A DNA stretch of 64,000 nt. It comes from Octopus bimaculoides. Lineage: Eukaryota. Location of the stretch: NCBI RefSeq assembly GCF_001194135.2, contig NC_068981.1:106877805-106941804 (forward strand), given 5' to 3'. The notes under the pieces are model-generated. The model had not been told where the DNA came from. It did no database searches and saw only the letters and a list, made by a program, of their open reading frames with translations. Position 1 is the first letter of the stretch, and each line of letters begins with the position of its first letter. The position numbers and the translations under genes are program-made. Shown one piece after another: positions 1-11,615 of this stretch.

Positions 1-180
1 GTAATGTTGGCATACAATCTTTGCTACAAAGTACTGTTGCTGAATATCTCATGTTGTAAGATTAAAAAAATAGTAATTTTCTAAGAAATTCTTTGGCTGC
101 TATTTTAATAGGGTTAGGACTACGAGGCTCACTTATTGCCTTGTCAGCTATTCTGTTATTCTTCCCAGCAAAGGACTTAA

Positions 181-409
181 GCCTTTTAGCAATCAGATTT
201 CTCTGTCAAATGTAATGTTTATTCATTTATTTCATTCACATTGATTTGAATCAGACATGCATTATTTCATAGCTTTGAGATTTCAATATGATTGTTTATT
301 ATTTTAGAATAACATTGTAGAGTAAGTGTGACAGGCCAGATCTGGCCAGTTTAAAGATAAAACAAGTGGAATATTTTAGCTGGATATGGCTGGTTTAAAT
401 GCTAAAGGG
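181..409 (-). mobile_element. piggyBac-derived MITE (~230 bp)
   Basis: TTAA at 177-180 and 410-413. Ends gccttttagcaatcaga / aatgctaaaggg resemble the CCCTTTAGTGTTCA TIR and subterminal sequence of the piggyBac at 21083-23653. Confidence 0.75.
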
Positions 410-879
410 TTAAGATGCCTTGCTGGAAATTAGTTCTTCCTAACTTTTATATTTGATTAGTCAATACTAGAAAGTATGACCAGCTGCAAACATAATTGCT
501 GCATGAAAGCATATTTCTATTCTGCTATGAAAATATTGAATAGAATTCAATTTGATCTCAATGAAAAGTAAATTGTAATCCATGTTGTTAGAAGAATAAA
601 TATAAAGCAATAACGTTTCACTTTTGTATTTGGCCTGTTAGATTATTTTATTGGCAAAAATAAAAATATGTTTGTTCATACACCTATAATCATTTTTGAA
701 AAATTATTGCATTGGCAAAATGCCCGGCAGAAATTTGTAGTGGAGTAGCATGAGTTTGCTTGACCTTTTCTCAATTACATTAGCATCAGGACTTCGAACA
801 GGAATTAAAATGGTTAAAATCTTGGATTCCTGATACATGATCAGTTTTTTTCACAGTATTTGTTACTCCTCTGGTGATT

Positions 880-1390
880 TAACAACAATAACAGTTATAA
901 TAATCTTTTCCAATTTTGTCACAAGGCCAGCAATTTTGAGGGGAGAAGAAGGTTGATTATATCACTCCCAGTGCTTGAGTAATACTTATTTTATCAACCT
1001 CAAAGGGAAGAAAGGCAAAGATGGCCTCAGCAGAATTTGAACTCAGAACATAAAACCAGAAAAAATGTTGCTAAGCATTTTGTCTAGCATGGTAGTGATT
1101 TGGCAACCTCACTTTCCACTCTAGGCACAAGGCTTGAAATTCTAGGGGATGGGGTAAGTCAATTACACCAACCCTTATGCTCAACTGGTACTTATTTTAT
1201 CAACCCCTAAAAAGATGAAAGGCAGATAGGTGCACTAATGATTCTGCTAGCTTGCCATCTCAATAATGTTAATGATGATGATGATAATAATAATAATAAT
1301 TGTTTCTAATTTAGATACAAAGCTATCAGTTTTGAGGGTTGAAAGTTTGTCAATTATCATTCACCCACAGCAGTGAGTGAATATATTTTT
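880..1390 (-). mobile_element. Cluster of about 3 tRNA-derived SINE copies, head to tail
   Basis: Repeated module ggcacaagg...aactggtacttattttatc...gaatttgaactcagaac (reverse B-box GTTC(A)AATTC) separated by (TAA/TGA)n tails; same family as 63067-63938. Confidence 0.75.
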
Positions 1391-1420
1391 GAGGCCAACT
1401 TCTAGTTACCCACAATCACT

Positions 1421-2955
1421 TCTAGGCTTCACTTACTAATTCAATTCTCAAACAAATTACATGTGTTCTTTTTTAAGCAATAATGGTCCAGTCCTAAGCT
1501 ACATTTTGAGATCAGACAATTGAAATTTGGTTCAATCAAAAAAAAAATAAATAAAAAGTTAGATCAAAATATGAGGTCAAAAATGGGAGAGTAAGCAAAA
1601 AGTTGATTTTGAATCAAAATGTTTCAGTTATTTTAAAAGAAAAGTGTAGATTAATTGGGTTTAAAAGAATGTACTCATTGAGAACAATCTTTTGGTGAAA
1701 TCTCATGAAAAAGTATTAGCTATGAAAACAGTAGTGTGGCTTTAAATGATGAAAATCCCATCCCCCAAATCGACTTTAAATCAAAACATCTCAGCTTTGG
1801 TTAAAGAAATTATATAATAGTTGTGTTCAAATGAAAGAGCCCTATGAGATGAACCTTATGATGAAAACCTCATCAAAAAATATTAGCTAGAAAGAAAGTA
1901 GTGTGGCTTTAAGTGATGAAAAAGGGTGATAATTTTAACAAAATATATTTATTTTAAGATTTTTAGTGTTATAAAAGATGGTATCTAATGTTATAGATTG
2001 CTTAGGACAGAGCGCTTAATTGGAGATGGAGAGGTACTGTGTTTGACTCTTTGTAGCGACTTGCTAGCTAATCCCACCCCCTCACGTTTTCTAAGGCTAT
2101 TTAACCTATCTTCTAAGCTGTTCTCAGTGTTCTACTGCATTTGAAGTTTCCTTTATTTTCTGTAAAATGCCAACACACGTGGCACTCGAAAGTTATTCTT
2201 GCAAGTTCTTCGAGGCTTCATCACTAATTCAGTTCTCAACCAAATTGAATGTGATTTTTTTTTTTAGCAATGATGGTCCAGACTTTTGCTACATTTTGAG
2301 ATGAAATAATTGAAATTTAGCACATTAAAAAAAGGTTAGGTCAAAATATGTGAGACTGAAAATGGGAGATTATGGTGAAAAATTGATTTTGAATCAAAAA
2401 TATCTCAGTTATTTTATAAGGAAAGTATAGATCAATTGAGTTTAACAGAATATGTTCATTGAGAAGAATCTTTTGGTGAAAATCTTGTTAAAAAATATCA
2501 GCTAGGAAAAAAGTAGTGTAGCATTGACAAAAAAAAAAAAAAAAGAAATCCACAAAAATTTATTTTGAATCAAAATATCTCAGCTAACATTGAAGAATAC
2601 TATACTATAGTTGATTTCAAATAAAAGAGCTCTTTGAGATGAATATTATGGTGAAAACCTCAACAAAAGTTATTAGCTGCAAAAAACAAAAAAAAAGGTC
2701 TGGCATTAAGTGATGAAAAAAGAGTGATCCTTTTAACAAACCAAAATGTTTGTCATTTTAAGATATTTAGCATTATAAAAGACGGTGTCTGATGTCATGG
2801 ATCATTTAGCTTAATAGTACAGATGCTTAACCAGAGTTGGAGAGGTGTGCGCTTCGATTCTCTCTAGTAACTTACTAGCCACTTTTCCCCCCATTTTCTA
2901 AGGGTGTTTAGCCAATCTTCTAAGCTGTTTTCACAGCTCCTCTGCATTTGAGTTT
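1421..2955. repeat. Diverged tandem duplication, two ~790-bp units plus a partial sub-unit at ~2980-3080
   Basis: 1421-2149 aligns by eye to 2210-2955 (e.g. aggcttca..actaattca..ttctcaa; tggtccag..gctacattttgagat; cttctaagctgtt..ctgcatttga). An internal sub-repeat ending ttaagtgatgaaaa recurs. Confidence 0.85.
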
Positions 2956-3351
2956 ACTTCAGGTGAAAAAGTACTATGAAAAGAATCATATGGTAAAAGT
3001 TTTGTCAAAAAATATTAGCTACAAAAAAGTTTTGTGACTTTAAGTGATGAAAAATAAACGTAATAATTTTAAGAAATCAAAATATTTTTGTGTTTCTAAG
3101 ACAAAAATCATATCATTTGAACTAAAGGGAAAGCGTTGTTTGAGACAAATATTTTTGAAAAAAAAACATCTAAAAATATTAAGCATAAAAAAAGTGATTT
3201 TTTTGTGATTTCATATTAATTTTCATTATTCTGTTTTCATATTACAATATGTACATATTAAAAACATAATAAAATGAAAAATTACACTCATTGAGAAAAA
3301 CTACTTATTAATTATTTTATTGGAATATAACATTATAAGAATATAATATTA

Positions 3352-3500
3352 TCTATATATGTATATAAAAAAAATCCTTTGTCTCTCTATCTGTTCCTAA
3401 TGCATTCTCAAACAGCTCAACTCAACCAAATCAAATTTTACAGGCTAATACTATCAGACCCCGTGAGTGTCAACATGTAATTTTTTTTGGATTAAAACAA
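3352..3500 (+). mobile_element. Helitron-like non-autonomous element, 5' end
   Basis: A|TCTATATAT..ATAAAAAAAATCCTTTGTCTCTCT start, typical of Helitron 5' TC ends; a related head occurs at ~5640-5670. Confidence 0.5.
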
Positions 3501-3808
3501 TGCAACATTAGCACTGGTTCTGTATTGGTGTTAAAACTCAAAGAATAAAAGTGAAAGAATAACATCTATATAGTATTGTGACATATTGTTTCACTTTTAT
3601 ACTTTTACTTTTAATTCTAATCATGACGATGACACATTTTGTATATGATTGTGTGTCTGTCTGTGAATGTATGTGTATGAGTGTGCATATGTCTCACAGT
3701 GTGTGCGTCTTTCCATGTTAGGTACGTTATTAAACACACAATGTTTCACTTTTATACTTATACTTTTAACCACTACAACGACGTGTGTGAGTGTATGAGT
3801 ATGTATAT

Positions 3809-4350
3809 NNNNNNNNNNNNNNNNNNNNNNNNNNNNNNNNNNNNNNNNNNNNNNNNNNNNNNNNNNNNNNNNNNNNNNNNNNNNNNNNNNNNNNNNNNNN
3901 NNNNNNNNNNNNNNNNNNNNNNNNNNNNNNNNNNNNNNNNNNNNNNNNNNNNNNNNNNNNNNNNNNNNNNNNNNNNNNNNNNNNNNNNNNNNNNNNNNNN
4001 NNNNNNNNNNNNNNNNNNNNNNNNNNNNNNNNNNNNNNNNNNNNNNNNNNNNNNNNNNNNNNNNNNNNNNNNNNNNNNNNNNNNNNNNNNNNNNNNNNNN
4101 NNNNNNNNNNNNNNNNNNNNNNNNNNNNNNNNNNNNNNNNNNNNNNNNNNNNNNNNNNNNNNNNNNNNNNNNNNNNNNNNNNNNNNNNNNNNNNNNNNNN
4201 NNNNNNNNNNNNNNNNNNNNNNNNNNNNNNNNNNNNNNNNNNNNNNNNNNNNNNNNNNNNNNNNNNNNNNNNNNNNNNNNNNNNNNNNNNNNNNNNNNNN
4301 NNNNNNNNNNNNNNNNNNNNNNNNNNNNNNNNNNNNNNNNNNNNNNNNNN
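3809..4350. other. Assembly gap (542 N) within CA/TA-rich low-complexity repeat
   Basis: N run seen directly. Confidence 1.
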
Positions 4351-5639
4351 NAACACACGCACACTTACACGTACATATACATATATAACGACTGACATGC
4401 GTGAATGTATGTCTCTGTGTGGCTATCTTAGTATATGTATGTGAGTGTATGTCAGGAACATTTTATACCACATCATGTATACCACTCATGTATATGAGTG
4501 TATATCTGTCTGAGTGTATGAGTGTGTATGTATCTGTGAGTGTGTGTTTTTGTGTTACATATATTATTAAACACACACGCACACATCTACACATACATGT
4601 ACATATGTGATGGTTGACATGCCTGAATGTATGTATGTGTGTTCTAGAGGTGAAACACTTGCAAAAAAAAAAAAAAAAAAACGAGGTGGTAAGGTCCAAG
4701 GTATATATAAAAATACACATTAATTGTTCCATTACCTGTTAATAATTATCTCAGTAGTTGCAAGGTATTTACAATTACATATTTACCCTTACATTAAGAA
4801 ATTTATCCTATATATATATAAGTCAGTAAATAGTGGGGTTGTGTTAACCACACATGGAGAAATAATAGGAAAATAAAAATAATAATAAGGCAGAATGCTA
4901 AACTGAAAGCATATTTTAATATAGACTTCTAGCCAGCTTATATTGCATGGCAAATTTTCAAGAAAATGTTTTTTTACAAAAAAATAAAAGTTGAAAAAAA
5001 TAATATATAAAAAAGATAATATATAAAAAAATAAATATACCAATACATTATATTGTCTTTGAGCTTTTAAAGTTCAATGGTAATCCATGTAGATAATAGT
5101 TGGAAAAATAAGGATGCATGAAAATTGAGAGTTGTGTTAAGTTTAAAAAAGGAGCTAAAGGTTTGTGTGTTAAACAGGAAGTGTGGTGTCAAAACAGGAA
5201 GTGTGTGTAAGGAGAGACAAATCTCTTTAGTTGGAGTTATGAACTCTTTGTCAACAGGAAGTTTATGTCTGTTCCTAGAGAAATAAGGTCACTGAGGGGT
5301 TTGTGTGTTAAGAAATGGTTGGAATTTCTCTATGAAAATATTCTCCCTGTTGATTCTTTCTTGTGTGGAGATTCTGTCTTTACATTGATAGAAAGGGAAT
5401 ATAAGGAATTTAGGGTTTTTGTTTCTGGCGCAAGAGTCTATGTGGCCACTGAGTGGAATTTGGCGGTATTGAGGGAGATTTATTTGTTCTTTATGGACTG
5501 CTACTCTTCTACGCAACGGGAAGCATTGGCAACCTGCACATGTGAGGACATAAATGAGGTTCCCAGAGGAACAAGAGAAATTGGTTTTGATTTTAATCTT
5601 TGTTCCTCGTTTGAAGGTAAATTCAGAGCCTTTTATTTA

Positions 5640-6338
5640 TATATATATATATAAAATTCTTTGTCTCTCTCTCTAATAATTATTGCGGCATTTGCTGTTA
5701 AATTAGCAGTTCCATACATGTGTTCCTATTTTGTTCATTTGCTTATATTTCGTTAATTTACACTGTATACAAAAATACAAACATGCTATATACATACCAC
5801 ACGGTAAGCCATTATGTCTTATTCTTTCAAGTAATTCATTACTATATATTCTCATGTGACTTATTCTCAGCCACACCAGCACTCCAATATGAACCCTTCT
5901 CCTTCTGCAACATTTCAACAGTTCACTTCCCTGTTGCCGTCTCCCATTGCAGCCCATTTCTAGAATTTACCCTTTTACATACATTTGTCAACCATATGAT
6001 GGGTAATATTAGATGCAGCGCTGACCACCTCAAAGGCGAGTATATCTACTGACAGCTTTTCGGTGTGTTAAAAAAATTACAAACACCCCCCCCCCATTTT
6101 CCATGATAGGTCAGGGCATGGAATCCTCTAAATGGACGTATTACATGTCACCTAGTTGAATTAGACCATCATTTACTCCACAAATGTTTTGTCATCAATG
6201 CTGCACTTTCCCCTTATCACCTGTTTCAACATAACTGTAATATATATATATATATATGTAAGCACATGAAATGTGCAACAATATATATGTATATATACAA
6301 ACTTTTTAATCCTGAGCAATGCCTGGTATCTCTGCTAG
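5640..6338 (+). mobile_element. Non-autonomous Helitron
   Basis: 3' end CCTGAGCAATGCCTGG hairpin followed by TATCTCTG-CTAG|T (6311-6339); (TA)n-ATAAAATTCTTTGTCTCTCT head. Confidence 0.65.
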
Positions 6339-6624
6339 TTTTATAATAAAAATTGTATAAAAATCTATTTATTTGTAACAGTTATACTGCTATTAACCTT
6401 TTGTTACTTTTAGATGCAAACAAAATTTTAAGATTTTAAGAAACTCTGTATTTAAAAAGTATTTACAATCATGAGTTTTTCAATTATAAAGGTAAATACA
6501 ATTAATTATAATAATAGAAGCATTGCCTGGAAAAAAAAAATGTTGTCTGCAATGAAAAATGCAGGCACAGAATCCTAGATTATTAAGTATTGAACCTGGA
6601 AAGGTACCGAACAAGCAGTAATTA

Positions 6625-7043
6625 CCGTATATACTCAGCTATAAGTGTCTCACTTTTACCCCTGAAATTTTCACCTAAAGTTGGTGGTGTGACTTAGCGC
6701 ATTCTATAAAAAAAAATCTTCAGATATTTTCTAGGTACAAGCCATGTCTGAAGTTCTGACACTTGGAATAACTGAAAAGGATAACATTTTACATTATAAA
6801 CAACAGTTTCTAAAATGCATAGACTTAATGGAATAACAGTTGTTGTAAGTCATCTTCAGCTTAATGAAAGCTCGCTTACCAAGCAACAACTATGTCAGCA
6901 CGATTCCTAATCAAAGTTTCCTTTCCAACTTCAAAAACGTGACTGCAACTTATAGTTGGGTCAATGATAAAATTCCCGATTTGAACCTTGTAAGTCGACG
7001 GTATCTTATAGGGTAAGGTTGTTTTGTAGTCGAGTATATACAG
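6625..7043. mobile_element. Tc1/pogo-type MITE
   Basis: TA at 6623-6624 and 7044-7045; TIRs CCGTATATACTCAGCTATAA versus (reverse complement) CTGTATATACTCGACTACAA. Confidence 0.75.
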
Positions 7044-8544
7044 TAAGCTTGGAAAAGTACTGGGCAAGAAGGAAACAAAACTTAAATGAGAAAAAAGAGA
7101 CACCTTGTGTGTGCAGAAGGATAAAATAAATTTAATAAATATATTCTCAGACGAATTCATATGACATCAAAAGTTACTTCCCCTGCTTATCGTTTATGTA
7201 TATGTAGACAAAGAAAAAAACAATATTTTGTTTCACCCATCCGCCAGTTTTGAAGATAATCAAACCAAAATAATGAATTCAAGCCACTCACCCAAAGAGC
7301 ATTTCTGCCCAAAATTGGTGAAAATCTGTTCTGCCATTTTCCAGTAATTTTGCAGGCACACAGACAAAAATTAGAGACTACAATGTCCTGCTTTCACTTA
7401 CATGCATGGGGTAAATATTGCTTCTGGAGTTAGAATTTATTTAATAAATTTCTGAAATTGTTCATCAGATAGTCTGTGCACTGTTTTCTTTTTTATATTT
7501 TTTGCTTTTTATTGCAATCTATTAAAATTTAAGTTGATATTTTCTTATTTAAATATTGCTTTGTATTAGGCTAAAACCTGAGTTATTTTTAGTATTATTT
7601 TTATTTTCTTAATGAAACTCATCCAAAATTTTTATATCACTGATACTGTTATATAATTAAACTTGTGTAGAATATATGTAACTCAAAAGAGTAAAATATA
7701 GTAAAAGAAAGAAACTTTTAAGGAAACAATAATAATTTCTTTAAACTTTGTATTATCAGATAACAAAAGTATCTTTTTACAGTTAGAAAAATATTTTTAA
7801 AAAATGAAAGTTAATGGACAAATAGAGTACAAGATGTAGAAATGATTCTCTAACTTTAAAAAAAAAACAAAAAAACTTAGAGGTTGTAATTGTCGATTTT
7901 GCTTAAATTGCTATTATGTGATTTTTAAAAATTTATATATTTGTAATATATATGTAACCTTACAGGCAATTACTCTTTTCACTAAAATTGAAAATAAATA
8001 GCTTCTTGTATATTTCAATTTATACTTTCAAGTCAAAATAAAAAAATGTAAAAGAGCATTTATTACTATTTTAGCTTTTAAATTCAAACCTCAGCAGCAA
8101 TATTTAAAGTTTTTTTTCTTTTCCTGTACTTTTCCAAGCTTAATTACCACTTGTTCTGTACTTTTCCAGGTTCAATATTTAAGAATATTCTAGGATTCTG
8201 CACCTGAATTTTTCATTCTACTAACAACTCTAGTACTTGACTAGTACTTTATTTTAATGACGTAGGAATAATGTCAAAGCAATGCAGCCTTAGTGAGATT
8301 TTAACAGAAGGGGCAAAAAGAAATATAACTTAAAATCACAAGACATTTTACTCAGTTTTCTTCTTAGAATTGCTTTTGTAACTTCATGAGTTCTGCAATA
8401 TTTTATCAGGACATGTTGCTGGTTGAAATGGCAATATGTTTGAAATCACCACACTTACTTGTTGTCAGTGTCTGTCTGTCATTTCTTTATTCATGTATTT
8501 TATTTTATTTTTTATTGCTTTTGTTTGGATGTCTTTTACTTTCT

Positions 8545-8970
8545 TTTATGTCTTTCAATCATTGGACTGTGACCATACTGGGCACCACCTTGAAGGGTTC
8601 TAGTCAAATGAACAGATCCCTATTACTCCTTTTTTTCTTAAAGCTTGATACTTATTCTATTGGTCTGCTTTGCAGGACTGTTAAATTACAGGCATGTAAA
8701 CAAACCAACACTGATTGTCAAGCAGTGGTGGCAAACAAACGCCCCCCCCCCACATATATATACAAACACATATCTATATATATTTGTACACACACATATA
8801 TGTACATACCCAATGTGCTTCTTTCAGTTTTGTTCTACTAAATCCACTCATAAGGCTTTGATCTGTCAGAGGTTATAGTAGACAACACTTGCCTGTGGGG
8901 ACGTGCAGCGAGACTGAACTTGGAACCATGTGGTTGAGAAGAGAACTTTTTATCATACAGCCATGCCAGC
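8545..8970 (-). mobile_element. tRNA-derived SINE
   Basis: Reverse complement of the family at 9832-10235 (ggctgtatg..ggttccaagttcagtc head; gcccagtatggtcacagtccaatgattgaaa tail). Confidence 0.8.
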
Positions 8971-9480
8971 ACCTGTATTACAATATTCTCTACTAATTAT
9001 TCTGTGTTTGATATCAGTTTAAGTAGATGTCTAACCTAGGAGAATTATACAGAGTATATAATATGTTAATATTTCTGACTTGAGCATAAGGCTACACATT
9101 TTAAGGTGTTCAGTTGATGTTAACTTGTGATATACGAAACCTCTAGTACTTTGCTGGTACTTATTTTATTGCTCTGTGAAAGTAAAAATTAGCTGTAAGC
9201 AGATTTAAATTCACAATAAAAGGTAACTTAATATACTCTGTGTAATATGTAAATATCAACAGCTCTATACACTGAAGTTTGAAAAGTTGCATACATTTCA
9301 ATTATGTCAAGGGATGGACTGGACCTAATTTAGGAATATGATATAATTTAAAAGATAGTCTGTAATGAATGTATCTATTTGTAAGGGTTTGGATGTGTGC
9401 CTGTGTGTAAACACAAGTATATGCAAATACATGAATATATATATGTGTATGTGCACCTCTATATGTATATTTAAATGTAT

Positions 9481-9531
<51 letters not shown>

Positions 9532-9552
9532 CACACACATGTGTGTGTAAAA

Positions 9553-9800
9553 GTATGAAGCCTAGTGGTTAGGCTGCTGCACTCACAATCACTAGATTGT
9601 GGGTTCAATTCCCTGTTTGGGTGGCACATTGTGTTCTTGAGCAAAACACTTCATTTTATGTTGCTCCAGACACCCTTTCATTCAGGAGGAAATGTTGGCC
9701 TACTCACTTAGCCAGCAGGCTTTATTTGAAGGCTAAAACATTGCAAAATGCATTATGACCAGTGATGTGTAACAACATCTGATAGCCTGGTCAGTTACAT
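9553..9800 (+). mobile_element. tRNA-derived SINE (second family)
   Basis: tagtggttagg A-box-like and gggttcaattccc B-box; body cttgagcaaaacacttcatt shared with 15265-15575, 46690-46935. Confidence 0.75.
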
Positions 9801-9831
9801 AATCACATGATGTGTGTGTGTGTGTGTGTGT

Positions 9832-10235
9832 AGGCACAGGAGTGGCTGTGTGGTAAGTAGCTTGCTTATCAACCACACGCTTCAGGTTCAGTCCCACTCT
9901 GTAGTACCTTGAGCAAGTGCCTTCTACTATAGCCTTGGGCCAACCAAAGCCTTGTGAATCGATGTGGTACACAGAAACTGAAAGAAGCCCGTCATGTATA
10001 TAATATATATGTATATATGTTCGTATGTCTGTGTTTGTCCCCCACCCCACCCTCACTTGACAACCGATGTTGGTGTGTTTACATTCCTGTAACTTAGCAG
10101 TTCAGCAAAAGAGGCTGTTAGAATAAGTACTAGGCTTAGAAAGAGTAAGTTCTGGGGATAAATTTGTTCAACTAAATGTGGTGCCCCAGCATGGCTACAG
10201 TCAAATGACTGAAACAATTAAGAGAATACAAAATT
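9832..10235 (+). mobile_element. tRNA-derived SINE
   Basis: ggctgtgtggtaagtagc A-box, ggttcagtccc B-box, conserved body gaaactgaaagaagcccgtc and tail; also at 46268, 62435. Confidence 0.85.
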
Positions 10236-10997
10236 TTGTCAGCTTCAGCACTTACATAGTTGTCACTTATATAAGCTGCTGATCAGTAAAATATATTTGG
10301 GTCTGTAATCTGTTGCTCAAGAGGTGGATGTTTCATATTGTTCCTTGTGTAGGTAGCTAATTCAAGACAAATCACTCTGATACAAGCTATCTTGGCTCTG
10401 AAATAGATTAATCTTTCATTTTAGTACTAAAGCTTTGCATGTATAGTGGAGGAAAAAAGTTTTTGGGAATTTGACTTTAATAGCCAGAGTTCTTTCTGTA
10501 ATCGTTCTTTATTGTAGTATTGTGCCATACAGCTTTTCTTTCTTCCATATTATATCTACTTGGGAGCTGGATTATTGAGGTTTTTATTAACACTCAGTTT
10601 CTCATGAGGATTTGCCTGTCTCTGGAAATACTGCTTCCCTTTTCATTATTTGACTGCTTGATAGGAGTATAAGATTTGATGGTTTCCACTGTTTCCTTAC
10701 ACAGAAATTGTTTCTTTCTCCTGGTTGAGTCACCCCAAATTATTTAATCAATACATCATACAGCTTTATGGTGTCAGACACATTCATCACTTTTAATCTT
10801 GCCTATAGATCATCATCATCATATAATGTCCATTTTCCATACTGGCATGTTTAACCCTAGATCAGCCCTGATGATGCTAACCTAGGATGAAAGACATTTC
10901 AGTCATTAGAGATTACATTGTACTGTATATCCTTTCCATTTTTAACGGTAGAGGGTGATTTGAAGGAATTTTGGTTGCTATTTCTTGAAGCTTAGCA

Positions 10998-11250
10998 AAG
11001 TCTTTCTCAACCATTTTTTGCCTGTGAACCCCTTTGATTTCCTATTTTACTCAGATAGAAACTCATAACCATTCAATGTTTAATAAAATTATATTATATC
11101 TTTATAATTAAATACTATTAGGAATTGTTATAAAAAAATTAAGTATTTTGTGTATTGTAGAAGTATAATCAAGTTGTTGCACATAAACTTCAGCAACAAA
11201 ATCTTATATGGACCCCCGAGGGTCATATTGACCCTGGTTGACAACCACTG
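10998..11250. mobile_element. hAT (Charlie/MER5-like) MITE
   Basis: Right end GGTTGACAACCACTG, degenerate left end aagtctttctcaacc; subterminal hairpin agggtca-tat-tgaccct. Confidence 0.55.
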
Positions 11251-11329
11251 ACTTAATGACTTCCTTGTTAGCACAGTATATTTGAAATATTTTGCTACAT
11301 TGTCCTTCCTCTGTTACTACCTTCAAATA

Positions 11330-11615
11330 GGTAGCAATTGTATCACAAGCCAGGTCAAATATGTACCAGGATTGTCAAAAGCAATGTCATCTAGTATGAG
11401 AGAGAACTACTTGGTATAAAGGGGAATCAGATGTAGTTTAAGAGAGTAAAACTTCACTGGTACTGGCATGTGGGGTGTATGGAAGATGACAGGTGAGTGA
11501 AGAAGTTCCAGACAATCCAAAGTGGAAGGACTCAGTAAAAGAGGAAAAACAAGGAAGACCTGGAATGATGAAGTAAAAGCTGGTCTCAGGAAGCTAAACT
11601 TTGCGAAAGGGATGA
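11330..11615 (+). mobile_element. RTE-clade LINE 3' remnant
   Basis: Translates to LHWYWHVGCMEDD...VEGLSKRGKTRKTWNDEVKAGLRKLN, matching the RTE C-terminal pattern WYGHV.RM...RGRPRKTW. Confidence 0.75.

Noticed and set aside
3621-4444. 200+ aa ORFs in the track (also at 17083-17765 and 55664-56725)
   Set aside because: They consist almost entirely of X from N gaps.
5265-5654. 129-aa plus-strand ORF
   Set aside because: Lies in repeat-like DNA ending in (TA)n, with no recognisable domain; probably incidental.
9302-9540. YI/CV/SL/RE-repeat ORFs here and at 30028-30740, 46111-46722, 61324-61954
   Set aside because: Translations of microsatellites and SINEs.
9553-9640. tRNA-like A/B boxes here and at other SINE heads
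   Set aside because: They continue into SINE bodies and I see no complete cloverleaf, so they are not called tRNA genes.
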